From positions 288,001 to 352,000 of the forward strand of contig CAVWHO010000016.1 of NCBI GenBank assembly GCA_963754875.1: a DNA stretch of 64,000 bases. The letters are read 5' to 3'. A program made the translations under genes and the position numbers. Positions within the stretch are counted from its first letter, which is position 1, and each line of letters starts with the position of its first letter. Under the pieces are notes generated by a model that made no database searches, was not told where the DNA came from, and saw only the letters and a program-made list of their open reading frames with translations. Positions 19,608 through 29,822 of this stretch are shown here, one piece after another. Origin of the DNA: Nitrospirota bacterium (GTDB lineage: Bacteria; Nitrospirota; UBA9217).

Positions 19608-21215
19608 TTAAAACAATCCCATTTGTTTATCCGGCTCTTTCTTCTTTTTCACCTTATCCGGCACAACAATGTTTTCTTTGATTTCATCGGGAATCTCTCT
19701 GAGAAACGGCGACGGCGACGGCGAAAGCCGCTGGCCGTACAAAAAACGGCTTCGAACATGAAGCAGAAAGAGCTCTTCCTTTGCCCGTGTCATTCCCACG
19801 TAAAAAAGCCGCCGCTCCTCTTCGATGTCCGTATCGCCCTTCGTTATGGTAAAGGGCACGAGGCCGTCCTCAACGCCTGTTATGAACACGACCCTGAATT
19901 CGAGCCCCTTTGCCGTATGCATTGTCGTGAGCGTGACTGCGTTGGCCCGGGGATCGAAAAAATCAGCAGCGGTCAGCAGCTTTGCTTCATTATGCTCGGA
20001 CTTGTTGGATTCTGATTCATCAAGACCAGCCAGGGAATGCAGATAGGCAACGGTCGCCTCCAGTTCCTTTGACTGCAGGCTGCTCTTGCGGCCTATCACC
20101 TGGTAAGGAATTCCCGATGCGCTGAATGCTTCCTCGATGGCCTTTGCCTGGGCATTTGTCCGATAGACCACGCAAAAGTCGGAGAAACAGAACGACGCTG
20201 AGGAGCTGTCCTTCTCCCGATTGGACCGTGACATCTGGTAATGGCTCGTTCCGCCGATCTTCTCCTCGATCTCCTGAACGATGACCTCACCTTCAGTACG
20301 TTCATCCGGCAAAGAAAGCACATTGATCCGGCTTCCCTGCCCCAGAACAGGGATGATGGTTTTATCGATCCTTTTTTTATTATTTTTGATCACGCTGTTC
20401 GAAGCAGAGAGGATGCCGGCAGAGGACCGGTAATTTTTCGTAAGCAAGACTGTTGCGGCGTTGTTGAAATCCGAACTGAAGCTCAAAAAGCTGCTTGCGT
20501 CAGCGCCCCGGAAGCCGTAGATCGCCTGGTCGGAGTCGCCGATCGCACAAGTGCTGTCGCTCTTTTGAGAGAGCAGCCTGATCAGTCGGTACTGCGCAGG
20601 GTTGATGTCCTGGTACTCGTCAACCATGATGTGGGTGAATTTGCTTACGAACGGGGCTGAAGAATTCTGCTGAAGGATGGTTATGGGTGTGCAGATGAGG
20701 TCGTCGAAATCAACAGCATGATTGTTCTTGAGTGCAGTTTCATACTCGTCGAACAGCTCCTTAATTTCTTCATCAAGCTGATCAACGAAGTTCTTGATTC
20801 CAAAAATTTTTTCTACAAGATCCCGGACGCGAGCATTCGTCTTTTTTGAGAGGTTTTTTATCAGCTCGATCTGCTCTTCCCTGCCATACACCGTGAAGTC
20901 GACGGACGAGGCTTCCCTGATGATTTTGAGCCCGAGCAGATGGAGCGTGCCGATGAATATCTTCGATGCAGCGCGTCCGAGGAGCGTTTCAGTGCGCTCC
21001 CGCATCTCCCGAGCCGCGCGGTTGGTAAACGTCACGGCAAGAATGCTTTCCGGTTTTACTCCCTGGTTGATGAGCCACGCAATCCTGCGGACAATGGTCA
21101 GCGTCTTGCCTGCCCCCGGTCCGGCCACGATCAAGAGCGGGCCGTCAGTTGCGGTCACGGCCTTTCTCTGAGATTCATTCAGGCCGTCGAGTATGAGAGA
21201 GGCATCCGGGTTCAT
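19608..21215 (-). CDS. Compact UvrD/PcrA-like SF1 helicase
   Basis: AGPGAGKT, TFTNRAA, DEYQD, GDSDQAIYGFRGA, HTAKGLEF, EERRLFYVGMTRA; ends QMGLF. Confidence 0.9.
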   Translation of the reverse strand: MNPDASLILDGLNESQRKAVTATDGPLLIVAGPGAGKTLTIVRRIAWLINQGVKPESILAVTFTNRAAREMRERTETLLGRAASKIFIGTLHLLGLKIIREASSVDFTVYGREEQIELIKNLSKKTNARVRDLVEKIFGIKNFVDQLDEEIKELFDEYETALKNNHAVDFDDLICTPITILQQNSSAPFVSKFTHIMVDEYQDINPAQYRLIRLLSQKSDSTCAIGDSDQAIYGFRGADASSFLSFSSDFNNAATVLLTKNYRSSAGILSASNSVIKNNKKRIDKTIIPVLGQGSRINVLSLPDERTEGEVIVQEIEEKIGGTSHYQMSRSNREKDSSSASFCFSDFCVVYRTNAQAKAIEEAFSASGIPYQVIGRKSSLQSKELEATVAYLHSLAGLDESESNKSEHNEAKLLTAADFFDPRANAVTLTTMHTAKGLEFRVVFITGVEDGLVPFTITKGDTDIEEERRLFYVGMTRAKEELFLLHVRSRFLYGQRLSPSPSPFLREIPDEIKENIVVPDKVKKKKEPDKQMGLF

Positions 21216-21754
21216 CAGCGCTTATGGCCGTCGTCGATCACGATTTCATAAGACGTGAAGCTCTCCCGGGAATAAAGGCCGGGCATGGCATGATCGCCGG
21301 CATTAAATATGAAGTTGACCGCTTTGATGCCGGGATTTTCAGTAAGCGTAAAGGTGACTTCGGCAAGATAGTCCTGCGCCCCGTCTGAGCCCATGTTCTG
21401 CGTCAGATACCGATCGTTCGTGATCTCGACATTCGCTGTCTGCTGTTCGATCTTCTGCAGATTGATCTGCGGAAATTCCGTTTTCACCGCGTCCGTTAGT
21501 GGATGGGTCGTTTCAAAACCTTCTACGGACTTATTAAGGGCGCTGACCAATTTGCGTGCGTCATTCTTGATATGATCAATTTTATTTCCACGGACCAGCG
21601 TCTCGACACCGGCAGCCGTATCCAGCTCAGCATGCCAGGTGTAGTTCTTGTTATAGACTACGGTTTCGTTGTTCTTGAGCAAGTTCATGACGATGAAGAT
21701 TGCGCCGATGAACGCCACAGCCAGCATAGCAGCGACAACCATTTTTTTTGCCAT
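21215..21754 (-). CDS. Membrane-anchored protein with GerMN-like C-terminus
   Basis: N-terminal TM; GAQDYLAEVTFTLTE.PGIKAVNF; TGATG overlap with the helicase. Confidence 0.55.
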   Translation of the reverse strand: MAKKMVVAAMLAVAFIGAIFIVMNLLKNNETVVYNKNYTWHAELDTAAGVETLVRGNKIDHIKNDARKLVSALNKSVEGFETTHPLTDAVKTEFPQINLQKIEQQTANVEITNDRYLTQNMGSDGAQDYLAEVTFTLTENPGIKAVNFIFNAGDHAMPGLYSRESFTSYEIVIDDGHKR

Positions 21755-21774
21755 ATACCCTTCGTCCTCCCCGA

Positions 21775-23051
21775 TTACAGCAGCTTCAATTGCCCCTTGA
21801 TCTCTTTTCTTTCCACTTCCTCAAAAATCCTGACTTTCCCGAATTCGCCGTCATACCCCGGCGCGATATGGACGTTGCCCGCGCGCATGCGCGAGATCGC
21901 CTCGCGGATGAGCGGCGTGCCTGCGCGCTCGATATCGTCGAGCGGAACGTCCAGGAGAATCTTGAATTCGTTGCCGAGCTGTTCGAGCAAGGGGAAATAC
22001 AGCGCATTCACTTTTTTCGTGTTCACGCCGCACTTCCAGGCCTTCGGCAATGATCTCCGGCAGGGGAATGATGGACGTAAATGACAGGCGCGTTCGGGAG
22101 CCTGAAGCCTTCTTCCCGGTCCGCAAGCTTTTCGACGCGGTGCATCACGCCGACGGTCACCTTCCTGTCGCAGACCGGGCAGAGGTAATCATGATGGATC
22201 GTTTCTTTCGGCGTACAGGCTCACGCCGCAGTCCCGGTGGCCGTCGTAATGATACTTCCCCTCTTCGGGAAAGAACTCGATGGTCCCGAGAAATCCTTTT
22301 CGCGTCTTGATGGCTTCATGATCGCCGGATAGGAGATTTCCGTGTCGAGGATATTCGCTTCGCGCCCGATCTTTGCCGCCGAGTGGGCGTCGGAGTTCGA
22401 GACGAGCGTGATCCGGTCGAGAGCGGAAAGCCGCCAGTTCATGAGCGGGTCGGACGACAGGCCGGTCTCGATGGCGTAAATATGCGGCGTCAGTTCTTCG
22501 TAGCATTCTTCGAGGGAATCGAAACCCGAGGCCGCGCCGAAAACGGAAAAGTGCGGGCGTCCAGGCATGGGCGGGGATGAGCAGAGCCTCGGGCGACGCG
22601 TCGAGGGTGATCCTCAGCAGCTTCTTTGCATCGAGCCCCAGGATCGGTCTGCCGTCGGACTTGAGGTTGCCGATCTTCGAGAGCGCGAGATTCAACCGTG
22701 CAGCAGCTGCGAAGTCCGGCGCGAGGATGACGGAATGGACCTTCCGCGTCTTTCCGTTCTTGCTGTAGATGCAGCTGATCTCGGCGGAGAGGATGAATGA
22801 GACCTCCGCCTTGCAGGAAGCGGGAACATCATCCGGTCTGATATTCCTTTTTGAGTGTGAACAAACCATTGTCCTGCCGGTCAAGCTTCTCGTCAAGCTC
22901 CTTGAGCCAGCCCGGATGGGTGAAGTCCCCGGTGCCGATGACCGGTGATGCCCTTGAGCTGCGCCCATTTCCAGATGCCTTCAGGGCACATGTCTTTGCT
23001 CGTTGCGCGGGAGTAGTGGGAGTGGACGTGGAGGTCGGCAATAAAACGCAT
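21775..23051 (-). CDS. Endonuclease Q family PHP-domain protein (about six or more frameshifts)
   Basis: DLHVHS, GTGDFTHP, PAHAWTP, ETGLSSD, SNSDAHS, GKYHYDGHR, PGYDGEFG across frames. Confidence 0.85.
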
Positions 23052-23357
23052 GGGGGATTATAGCATGAAATTTATTTTTTGCCACGCTTATCAAGAACTA
23101 CTAATCCATGGTTTGGCCGATTTAAGGTTAGCGGACTGACGGTGTGTTGAAAGATGACAATTTGCTTGCAATTTGCCATGCGAAACGACATACCCGCATT
23201 ATTATATCGATATTTTAAACGAAATCGATTTTACAAAAAAGGTCATTTCTGCTACACTCACAAATGTTGCGCAATAACATAGTTAGCTACTATTTTTAGG
23301 ATGTCAGGTTGAGTGAAGCACAGCCCACTGGATTTTATCGGATTTCTTTTCAGTTTC

Positions 23358-23388
23358 GTAGGTCGGGTATAACAAAGTGAAACCCGAC
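23358..23388 (+). repeat. GTAG-family REP
   Basis: GTAGGTCGGGT-loop-ACCCGAC hairpin. Confidence 0.6.
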
Positions 23389-23442
23389 AAATGATTCTAT
23401 CCATTCACGTCAACACATAGCAGACCGCAAGTAAGGTTTCAC

Positions 23443-23835
23443 ATGAGTAGAGAAATAAGAACATTTGCAAAAAGTGCCATCATCACAGGTTATGCGCTGA
23501 TTGGATGGCTGTACTGCGCTGCTCTTATCGGGATTGGAAGGCAGTTCATGTCTTTGCACGCAACTCTTATCCTGCACGCGATTGGAGCACCTCTCGGTTT
23601 TTCTCTTGTATCTTTTCTCTATTTCAAGCGCTTTGCCTTTACCAGCCCGCTTCAAACAGCATTCTTATTTCTGGGCATAGTCGTCACAATGGATGTCTTT
23701 GTGGTAGCATTACTCTTAGAAAAAAGCTTCGCAATATTTACAAGTATCATCAGCACGTGGTTGCCCTTCGCTCTCATTTTCAGTGCAACCTATCTGACCG
23801 GGACACTCACAAAATTTACAGAAAAACCTTCTTAA
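23443..23835 (+). CDS. Small 4-TM membrane protein
   Basis: 130 aa hydrophobic ORF, first gene of a + strand operon. Confidence 0.7.
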   Translation: MSREIRTFAKSAIITGYALIGWLYCAALIGIGRQFMSLHATLILHAIGAPLGFSLVSFLYFKRFAFTSPLQTAFLFLGIVVTMDVFVVALLLEKSFAIFTSIISTWLPFALIFSATYLTGTLTKFTEKPS

Positions 23836-23846
23836 GGAGATTAGTC

Positions 23847-24617
23847 ATGAACGTGAAGAGTATGATTTTCGGGTTGTTCATTGTTGTTATGGCTGCAACG
23901 TCTGCACTGGCTATCCCGACGCAGATCACCGTGCGCGTGAAAGCCAAGGATGCCAAGTTTGTGGGGACCAGCATGGGAGGCGTCCTGATCACATTGAGGG
24001 ACGTGCAGACAGGAGAACTCCTGGCCAAGGGCTACACTTCCGGCGGTACGGGCAACACCGTCAAGATCATGAACACACCACTATCGCGAGGCGCCGCTAT
24101 TTCCGATGAGAGCGCCGCCAAATTCACGGCCACCATCGATATCGCTGAACCGACCAATGTCGAAGTGACCGCCTACGGTCCTTCGGCAGGCCTGCAGTCC
24201 GCGAGCAGGGTTTCCGCCACCCAGTGGGTGGTGCCGGGAAAAAATATTATAGAAGGTGACGCCTGGCTGCTGGAGATGCCCGGGTTTATCGTAAACGTCC
24301 TGGCCCCTCCCACACACTCGATGCTTTCAGGTGCGCCGCAGGTCATTACCATTAAGGCCAATATCATGATGATGTGCGGTTGCCCGATCACTCCGGGCGG
24401 CATTTGGGATGCGAATAAAATAGAAGTAAAAGCCCTTTTGAAGAAAAACGGGCAACAGGTCGGCGTCCTGCCCATGCAATATGCCGGCAGTCCCAGCCAG
24501 TTTTTGGGGATCTGGGATATACAGAACGCAGGGACATATGAAGCGACGGTGTATGCCTACGACGCCGCCACTGGCAATACCGGAATAAACAAAGTGACAT
24601 TCATGGTCGGACAGTAG
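23847..24617 (+). CDS. Secreted protein with MMMCGCP motif, unknown function
   Basis: SD AGGAG; signal peptide ending ALA; beta-rich; MMMCGCP. Confidence 0.75.
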   Translation: MNVKSMIFGLFIVVMAATSALAIPTQITVRVKAKDAKFVGTSMGGVLITLRDVQTGELLAKGYTSGGTGNTVKIMNTPLSRGAAISDESAAKFTATIDIAEPTNVEVTAYGPSAGLQSASRVSATQWVVPGKNIIEGDAWLLEMPGFIVNVLAPPTHSMLSGAPQVITIKANIMMMCGCPITPGGIWDANKIEVKALLKKNGQQVGVLPMQYAGSPSQFLGIWDIQNAGTYEATVYAYDAATGNTGINKVTFMVGQ

Positions 24618-24647
24618 CGCTGGCTGATACAAGGAGGGCAACGTTTC

Positions 24648-25082
24648 ATGGCAGAACAACTGGAAGTTGCTGTCGAATTAACGAACCAGAAGGTGCAGTT
24701 TAACGGTATCTCGATGTCCAATCCCGACATGCCGATAACGTTCGACTATAAGCCGCCGATCGGTGACGGACAGGGTTACACGGGCCTCGAACTGCTGCTC
24801 ATGAGTTTTGCCGGCTGCAGCGGCACGTCGGTTGTGTATTTGCTCAGAAAAATGGGGAAGAACATATCCGGGTTTAATGTTCGTGCGAAAGGCGTAAGGC
24901 GCGACCAGCCGCCGTTGACGTTTCAGAAAATATTCCTGGAATTCATCATCCATTCCAAAGACACGGAGGACGCGAACGTTCAAAAGGCAATCGAGATGTC
25001 AGAGGAATCAGTCTGCCCGGTGTGGCAGATGGTGAAGAACAATGTCGAGGTTGAAACGGGATTTAAAGTCATCGCTCACTGA
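24648..25082 (+). CDS. OsmC/Ohr family protein
   Basis: ELLLMSFAGC and CPV cysteines. Confidence 0.88.
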   Translation: MAEQLEVAVELTNQKVQFNGISMSNPDMPITFDYKPPIGDGQGYTGLELLLMSFAGCSGTSVVYLLRKMGKNISGFNVRAKGVRRDQPPLTFQKIFLEFIIHSKDTEDANVQKAIEMSEESVCPVWQMVKNNVEVETGFKVIAH

Positions 25083-25143
25083 AGAGCAAAAGACTGAAGC
25101 CGACTGTCAGGCTCCGGCTCAGCCCCTCTGTCTTCCTGCCGTT

Positions 25144-25174
25144 ACAAAAAAAGGGATGGCCATGCCATCCCTTT
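25144..25174 (-). terminator. Intrinsic terminator, copy 1 of a duplicated hairpin
   Basis: AAAGGGATGGC/GCCATCCCTTT stem with T7 on minus. Confidence 0.75.
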
Positions 25175-25248
25175 TCGCGTTTCATCTTGCTTCCGACTCC
25201 TTGTGCCGTTGTTTCCAGCAGCACATGCGACGACGCAGCATGCCGGGG

Positions 25249-25728
25249 TTACATGTGATGATGGTCCATGGGCATGTCCATATTCATGTCGCCCTCAAGC
25301 GTGAGGGGTATTGTCTTTTCTCCCGACTTTTGAAAGACCAGAGTCAGGTTGAATTTGGAGTCTTTTTTCATGGTCTTGGGCAGAGCTTCAATCATGACGT
25401 GGCTGCCCCCCATCTTGAATTCAAGGTTGCTCTTGGACAGCACTTCCACCATGTCTACAGCCACCATGCGCTGTCCTTGCATCACATGGAGTGATACCTT
25501 TGCCCCGGGAATGTCCGTCTTCACCGCCTTGAGAACGTCCGAGCCGCCCTGGTTGACTATGTTCATGGTCACCATTGCCTCGCCTATGATCGCCGGCGAC
25601 AAAACGGCCTTGGCGTCCGTGATCGATATCTGTGGCGGCCCGCTGTGGCATGAAGCGAAGATTGCCATTGAAGAAAACAAGACCAGCGAACCTAACAAGA
25701 ACTTTCCCGGTTTTTTCATTGCTCTCAT
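25249..25728 (-). CDS. PCu(A)C copper chaperone lipoprotein
   Basis: Lipobox FASC; HxM..M and GGSHVM; Met/His-rich tail. Confidence 0.82.
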   Translation of the reverse strand: MRAMKKPGKFLLGSLVLFSSMAIFASCHSGPPQISITDAKAVLSPAIIGEAMVTMNIVNQGGSDVLKAVKTDIPGAKVSLHVMQGQRMVAVDMVEVLSKSNLEFKMGGSHVMIEALPKTMKKDSKFNLTLVFQKSGEKTIPLTLEGDMNMDMPMDHHHM

Positions 25729-25827
25729 GATACCCCTCCTTCTGATTTTCTAACTGGATACCTGTTGAGAAATTACTACAAACAGGAGGAAAAGGCAAGC
25801 AGAGTTCGCGGCTTGTCTTTCTCTACG

Positions 25828-25858
25828 ACAAAAAAAGGGATGGCCATGCCATCCCTTT
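25828..25858 (-). terminator. Intrinsic terminator, copy 2
   Basis: 31 bp identical to 25144..25174. Confidence 0.75.
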
Positions 25859-25887
25859 CGCATATCACCTTTGCAAGAAGCCCGCCC

Positions 25888-26208
25888 CTACTTACCGTAG
25901 ACATGGACCGTATACTGGTTCCAGATGTGAAGAATGCTGAAGTACTCAAGGTCCGCAAAGTAGAGTTCATTGAGCCCCTTCTTCTTTGCTATGTCTCCGA
26001 TGGACGCATCATCCCATGCCGCACTGAGCGGCGGGTACAGAAGCACTAAATGTTTGATGTCTCCTTCGCCGCTGGTGGACGCGACTTTGGTAGAGTGCAT
26101 ATCGAGCGTCAGCGGCTGCCATGTGTGAGTATAGATAATGCCCACGCTGCATCCCGACGCCAGCAGGGTCACGGCCAGAGCAAGCAGCAGGAACTTGACC
26201 TTTTTCAT
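25888..26208 (-). CDS. TRL-like family lipoprotein
   Basis: Lipobox ASGC; WDDASI..AKKKGL; ends VYGK. Confidence 0.7.
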   Translation of the reverse strand: MKKVKFLLLALAVTLLASGCSVGIIYTHTWQPLTLDMHSTKVASTSGEGDIKHLVLLYPPLSAAWDDASIGDIAKKKGLNELYFADLEYFSILHIWNQYTVHVYGK

Positions 26209-26220
26209 GGCCCGCCTCCC

Positions 26221-26517
26221 TCAGTCGCCGTACACGATCGTCGTCGTCTCGGTATATATACCGAAGAGCACGTTCAGGAACTCCCGGTCCATGTGGTTCA
26301 CGACTCCGAGCCCTCCATCCTTGGCCGCCGCTGCAGTGCTTGCATCACCCCAGGCAACAAGCCAGAGGACGGAATGCATCGCAGCTGTCCCCTTTTTCTG
26401 GCCGAGGACCGTTTTGTCGAGGTTCGTATCATAGGGCGTCAGCACATGAGTGTAGACACAACCGGTCACGAGAAACATCGCAAGAATTGCCGCCATAAAA
26501 AGTTTAACTATTTTCAT
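26221..26517 (-). CDS. TRL-like family lipoprotein
   Basis: Lipobox VTGC; WGDAST.AAAK.GG; ends TIVYGD. Confidence 0.75.
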   Translation of the reverse strand: MKIVKLFMAAILAMFLVTGCVYTHVLTPYDTNLDKTVLGQKKGTAAMHSVLWLVAWGDASTAAAAKDGGLGVVNHMDREFLNVLFGIYTETTTIVYGD

Positions 26518-26583
26518 AATCTGCCTCCTGTTGGACGATGAAGTGGCTAGCAGAAGTATAGCATATTATTTTATGAAAAAAGA

Positions 26584-27684
26584 TCAGCGGGAATGCGCAA
26601 ACTGCGCGACAATAGAGGACAGGCGCTCCTGAACAACCTCGATGCTTTCAAGCAGCTTGAACTGCACCCGTGCGCGATGAAGGTTGTGGTCGGGATAGGT
26701 GGTCCTGAAGTAGGTGTCGCCCCGGAGATAATCGGCGAGAAAACGTATGCCCAGTTCGAAGGTGATGACCTTTACTGACAGCGGCAGCAGCGCGATCTCC
26801 GTTTTCGTGAGGAACGCTCCGGCCTCGCGAAGATAGCCGCCTGCAACGGCTTCAAAAAGCGTCAGATCGATCCTGACGGCAGCGAGGTCAAGTGCGTCCT
26901 CTCCCTCGGGGTTTGCCGCGGACCGGATGCAGTCTCCGAAATCGAAATGCACGATCCCCGGCTTTACCGTGTCCAAATCGAGCATACACAGGGCCTTGCG
27001 CGTGTCAACGCGGATCATGACATTGTTCACCTTGGGATCATTGTGGACGACCCGAATCGGTATCTCGTTCGACGCGATATGGCCGGTCAGCGCCGGTGCA
27101 AGCGACCTGCGCAGGTCAACGAACTCCTGTTCAGCCACGGTCCCGCCCATCCTGTCTTGCACACCGGTCTTGAGCGTATCGTCGAATTCACTCAGATATT
27201 TCGGCGTATCATGAAAACCCGGGAGCGTATCGTACAGTTTAGCGATCGGCAGATCGGCGACAAGTGCCTGAAACCTTCCGAGCCCGCGGCCGACTTCGTA
27301 GGCATGCTTCACGTCCACGATCGTGTCGAAGACCGTGCCGGACTCGATGAAATGGAACATCCGCCAGTATGCGGCCGAATCGTCGCGAACGTACGGTTTG
27401 CCGTTTTTTGTACGGACAAGCGCGGGCGTAACCAGGGAAGGGTCTGCGATGCCCTCGGCACGCAGCTTTCTGTCAATATGTTCGGTCACAATCTCCACAT
27501 TTTCCATGACCTGATCAGGACGGGTGAAGACCGATGCGTTGATGCGCTGAAGGATGTATTTGCGGGTAGTTCCGTTGTCATTGAACTCGCAGAGGTAGGT
27601 ATCATTGATCAGCCCCGTGCCGAAGCGCCCGACCTTCCGGAAGATTCCAGTGACGGAGAATTGTGAGATGATGGAGTCAAGCAT
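26584..27684 (-). CDS. Aminoglycoside phosphotransferase-fold kinase (N-acetylhexosamine kinase-like)
   Basis: GLINDT, LQRIN, HNDPKVNN, DLDT, DFGD. Confidence 0.85.
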   Translation of the reverse strand: MLDSIISQFSVTGIFRKVGRFGTGLINDTYLCEFNDNGTTRKYILQRINASVFTRPDQVMENVEIVTEHIDRKLRAEGIADPSLVTPALVRTKNGKPYVRDDSAAYWRMFHFIESGTVFDTIVDVKHAYEVGRGLGRFQALVADLPIAKLYDTLPGFHDTPKYLSEFDDTLKTGVQDRMGGTVAEQEFVDLRRSLAPALTGHIASNEIPIRVVHNDPKVNNVMIRVDTRKALCMLDLDTVKPGIVHFDFGDCIRSAANPEGEDALDLAAVRIDLTLFEAVAGGYLREAGAFLTKTEIALLPLSVKVITFELGIRFLADYLRGDTYFRTTYPDHNLHRARVQFKLLESIEVVQERLSSIVAQFAHSR

Positions 27685-27702
27685 ATATTCTGAAAGGCTT
27701 GT

Positions 27703-27727
27703 CCTTCGACAAGCTCAGGATGAACGG
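27703..27727 (+). repeat. Short interspersed palindromic repeat
   Basis: CCTTCGACAAGCTCAGGATGAACGG; resembles a common intergenic element. Confidence 0.5.
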
Positions 27728-27758
27728 ACATTGCCCCGAAGGAAAGCTAAGGCTATTA

Positions 27759-28391
27759 TCACTTCTTCGCTGTAATCAAAAATACGGGGAATTCCCCCCC
27801 CCTTTTTCCCGGGACATCCTTGATCATCGTCGTTGCCGTCATATCCAGAACATCGTGGAAGCCGGCTTCCTGAAGCATCGCCTTGAGCTTCGATCGGGCG
27901 AAGCCGAGATGAAACACTCCGGTATTATCGCCGTGGAACGAACCGTCCTCACTGTCAAGATCGGCAAAACACAACCAGCCACCCGCGGCAAGAAGGTGGT
28001 TCCACTGGCGGAACAGGGCGCCGGTATCAGGCACATGATGCAGCGTCATGCTGCTCACGATCACGTGAAACACGCCCTCGATTCGATCGCCTTTTTCGAA
28101 ATCGACAAGCCGGGTCTGCACGTTCGTCAGCCCCCCGGCCCTGACCTTGCCCCGAAGAACTTCGAGCATGCCCTCGGAACTGTCAACGCCGGTGATGGTC
28201 TTTACCAGCGGCTGGAGCCTGAGCGTCACCAGCCCGGTGCCGCAGCCGAAATCGAGCGCGTCCATATCAGTCGTAAGCACCATTGTCCTGAGGACCGCGT
28301 CTGCCACGTCGTTCGCGAGTTTCACGCGCCCCGGATTTGCGTCCCACTGCGCGGCTTCCCGGTTAAAATCTTTCCGTTCTTCTGTTTTCAT
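27759..28391 (-). CDS. Class I SAM-dependent methyltransferase
   Basis: LDFGCGTG, SMTLHH. Confidence 0.9.
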   Translation of the reverse strand: MKTEERKDFNREAAQWDANPGRVKLANDVADAVLRTMVLTTDMDALDFGCGTGLVTLRLQPLVKTITGVDSSEGMLEVLRGKVRAGGLTNVQTRLVDFEKGDRIEGVFHVIVSSMTLHHVPDTGALFRQWNHLLAAGGWLCFADLDSEDGSFHGDNTGVFHLGFARSKLKAMLQEAGFHDVLDMTATTMIKDVPGKRGGEFPVFLITAKK

Positions 28392-28596
28392 GATCCACCC
28401 TGCCTCACTTTTTGCTGGATGTCATCGCGGTCTGATGATCGGTATTATAGCACGATGGCGTTTTCCATACAAAAAATTCCCTTTTATTCTGTGCAACGGG
28501 TTGGGCAGTAGTGTTATAATAACATGCTAGAAATCGATGCCCGGGAAGGATTTCAAATCACCGACCGCATTTCGCTTCTGCCATGAGATCCATGCC

Positions 28597-29244
28597 ATGA
28601 TATTTAAGGACCGTACACAGGCTGGTGAAAAGCTCGCGCAGGCACTGAAGGACCTCGCACTCAGTGACCCCATCGTCCTTGCTCTTCCCCGGGGAGGCGT
28701 TCCCGTGGGGAAAGCCGTCGCGCACGTGCTAAACTGCACGCTCGACGTTATCCCGCTCATGAAAATCCCCATCCCCTGGAGTCCTGAGGCGAACTACGGT
28801 GTTGTGGCAATGGATGGGACCATTGCATTGAACTCACCGCTGGTAAACAGGCTGGAGTTGTCGGAACGGGAGCTTGAGGTCGCCACGTGCATGATGTTGC
28901 AGGAAGCTCAGAGGAGAGAACAACTTTACCGCCGGAGAAAACCCTTTCCCCATCTGGAAAACAGGACCGTGATCCTTATCGATGACGGGCTTGCCTCGGG
29001 CTACAGCATGCTGGCCGCCGTCAGCGTTGTGAAGAAACGGCGGCCCCATTCTATCATTGTCGGCGCACCCATAGCATCCGATGTTGCTTTTCGCATGCTT
29101 ACCGCTGACAAGGAAATTGCCGCACTCGTCACCCTCGTGAATGATGCAGAACCGTTCTTTTCACTCTCGGCATATTACCGGGAATTCGGTTCACTTACGG
29201 ACGACGACGTACTCCGTGATCTGGCCTCATCAACACCGTCATAG
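28597..29244 (+). CDS. Phosphoribosyltransferase family protein
   Basis: FKDRTQAG, LPRGGVP, IDDGLASG. Confidence 0.88.
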   Translation: MIFKDRTQAGEKLAQALKDLALSDPIVLALPRGGVPVGKAVAHVLNCTLDVIPLMKIPIPWSPEANYGVVAMDGTIALNSPLVNRLELSERELEVATCMMLQEAQRREQLYRRRKPFPHLENRTVILIDDGLASGYSMLAAVSVVKKRRPHSIIVGAPIASDVAFRMLTADKEIAALVTLVNDAEPFFSLSAYYREFGSLTDDDVLRDLASSTPS

Positions 29245-29373
29245 CCGTGACCGCTGCCAACACCACGTTTTCGTCATACTACCTGTTATCCGCGGGATTT
29301 AGTGAATCTTACAACCGTAATGCTGTATTCTGCCTTGGAATGTCGGCAACAGATGTTGACGGAGAAGGAGTGG

Positions 29374-29718
29374 TCAGCAGGTGATATGGAAAGCGGCAAT
29401 GACGGTGTTCTTCTTGCCCTGTAAGGAATTGTATAATTCGACAGCCTTTGCTGTTCTGGAGACCCGGACTTCAATCCCTGAGGAGGTGATGCGGTCCAAG
29501 GTGCTCTTCGGCACCGTCATCATCCCAAAGTATCCCGTTCCTATGATCAGGATATCGGGCTTCGCGTGCAATACATCAGTGATGTCTTCCGGATACAGAG
29601 TGTGGCCTTCCTTCCTCCACCACGACGAATCCACGCGGTCGAGAAAGATAATGACATCTGAAGTAAATGCTTTCCCTTCAATTTCGATATGCCCGAATGA
29701 GTAAGAACCGATCTTCAT
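29374..29718 (-). CDS. Mth938-like (DUF498) protein
   Basis: WWRKEGH, IIGTG, terminal HITC. Confidence 0.85.
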   Translation of the reverse strand: MKIGSYSFGHIEIEGKAFTSDVIIFLDRVDSSWWRKEGHTLYPEDITDVLHAKPDILIIGTGYFGMMTVPKSTLDRITSSGIEVRVSRTAKAVELYNSLQGKKNTVIAAFHITC

Positions 29719-29822
29719 GATGCTTCTCCGGGTGAAATCCAGATCCACTCCGATAGGCTTCTCTGCTCAGCCCCGGCTCCCGTTTATCCGATAGATAGCG
29801 CCGTGGTAGTGAAGTCGTCCTG

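Noticed and set aside
21775..23051. Programmed frameshifting in broken genes
   Set aside because: Too many shifts, no slippery heptamers, and the pattern fits sequencing indels.
23505..23846. N-terminal extension of the 370-aa ORF
   Set aside because: Overlaps the upstream gene; SD and signal peptide place the start at 23847.
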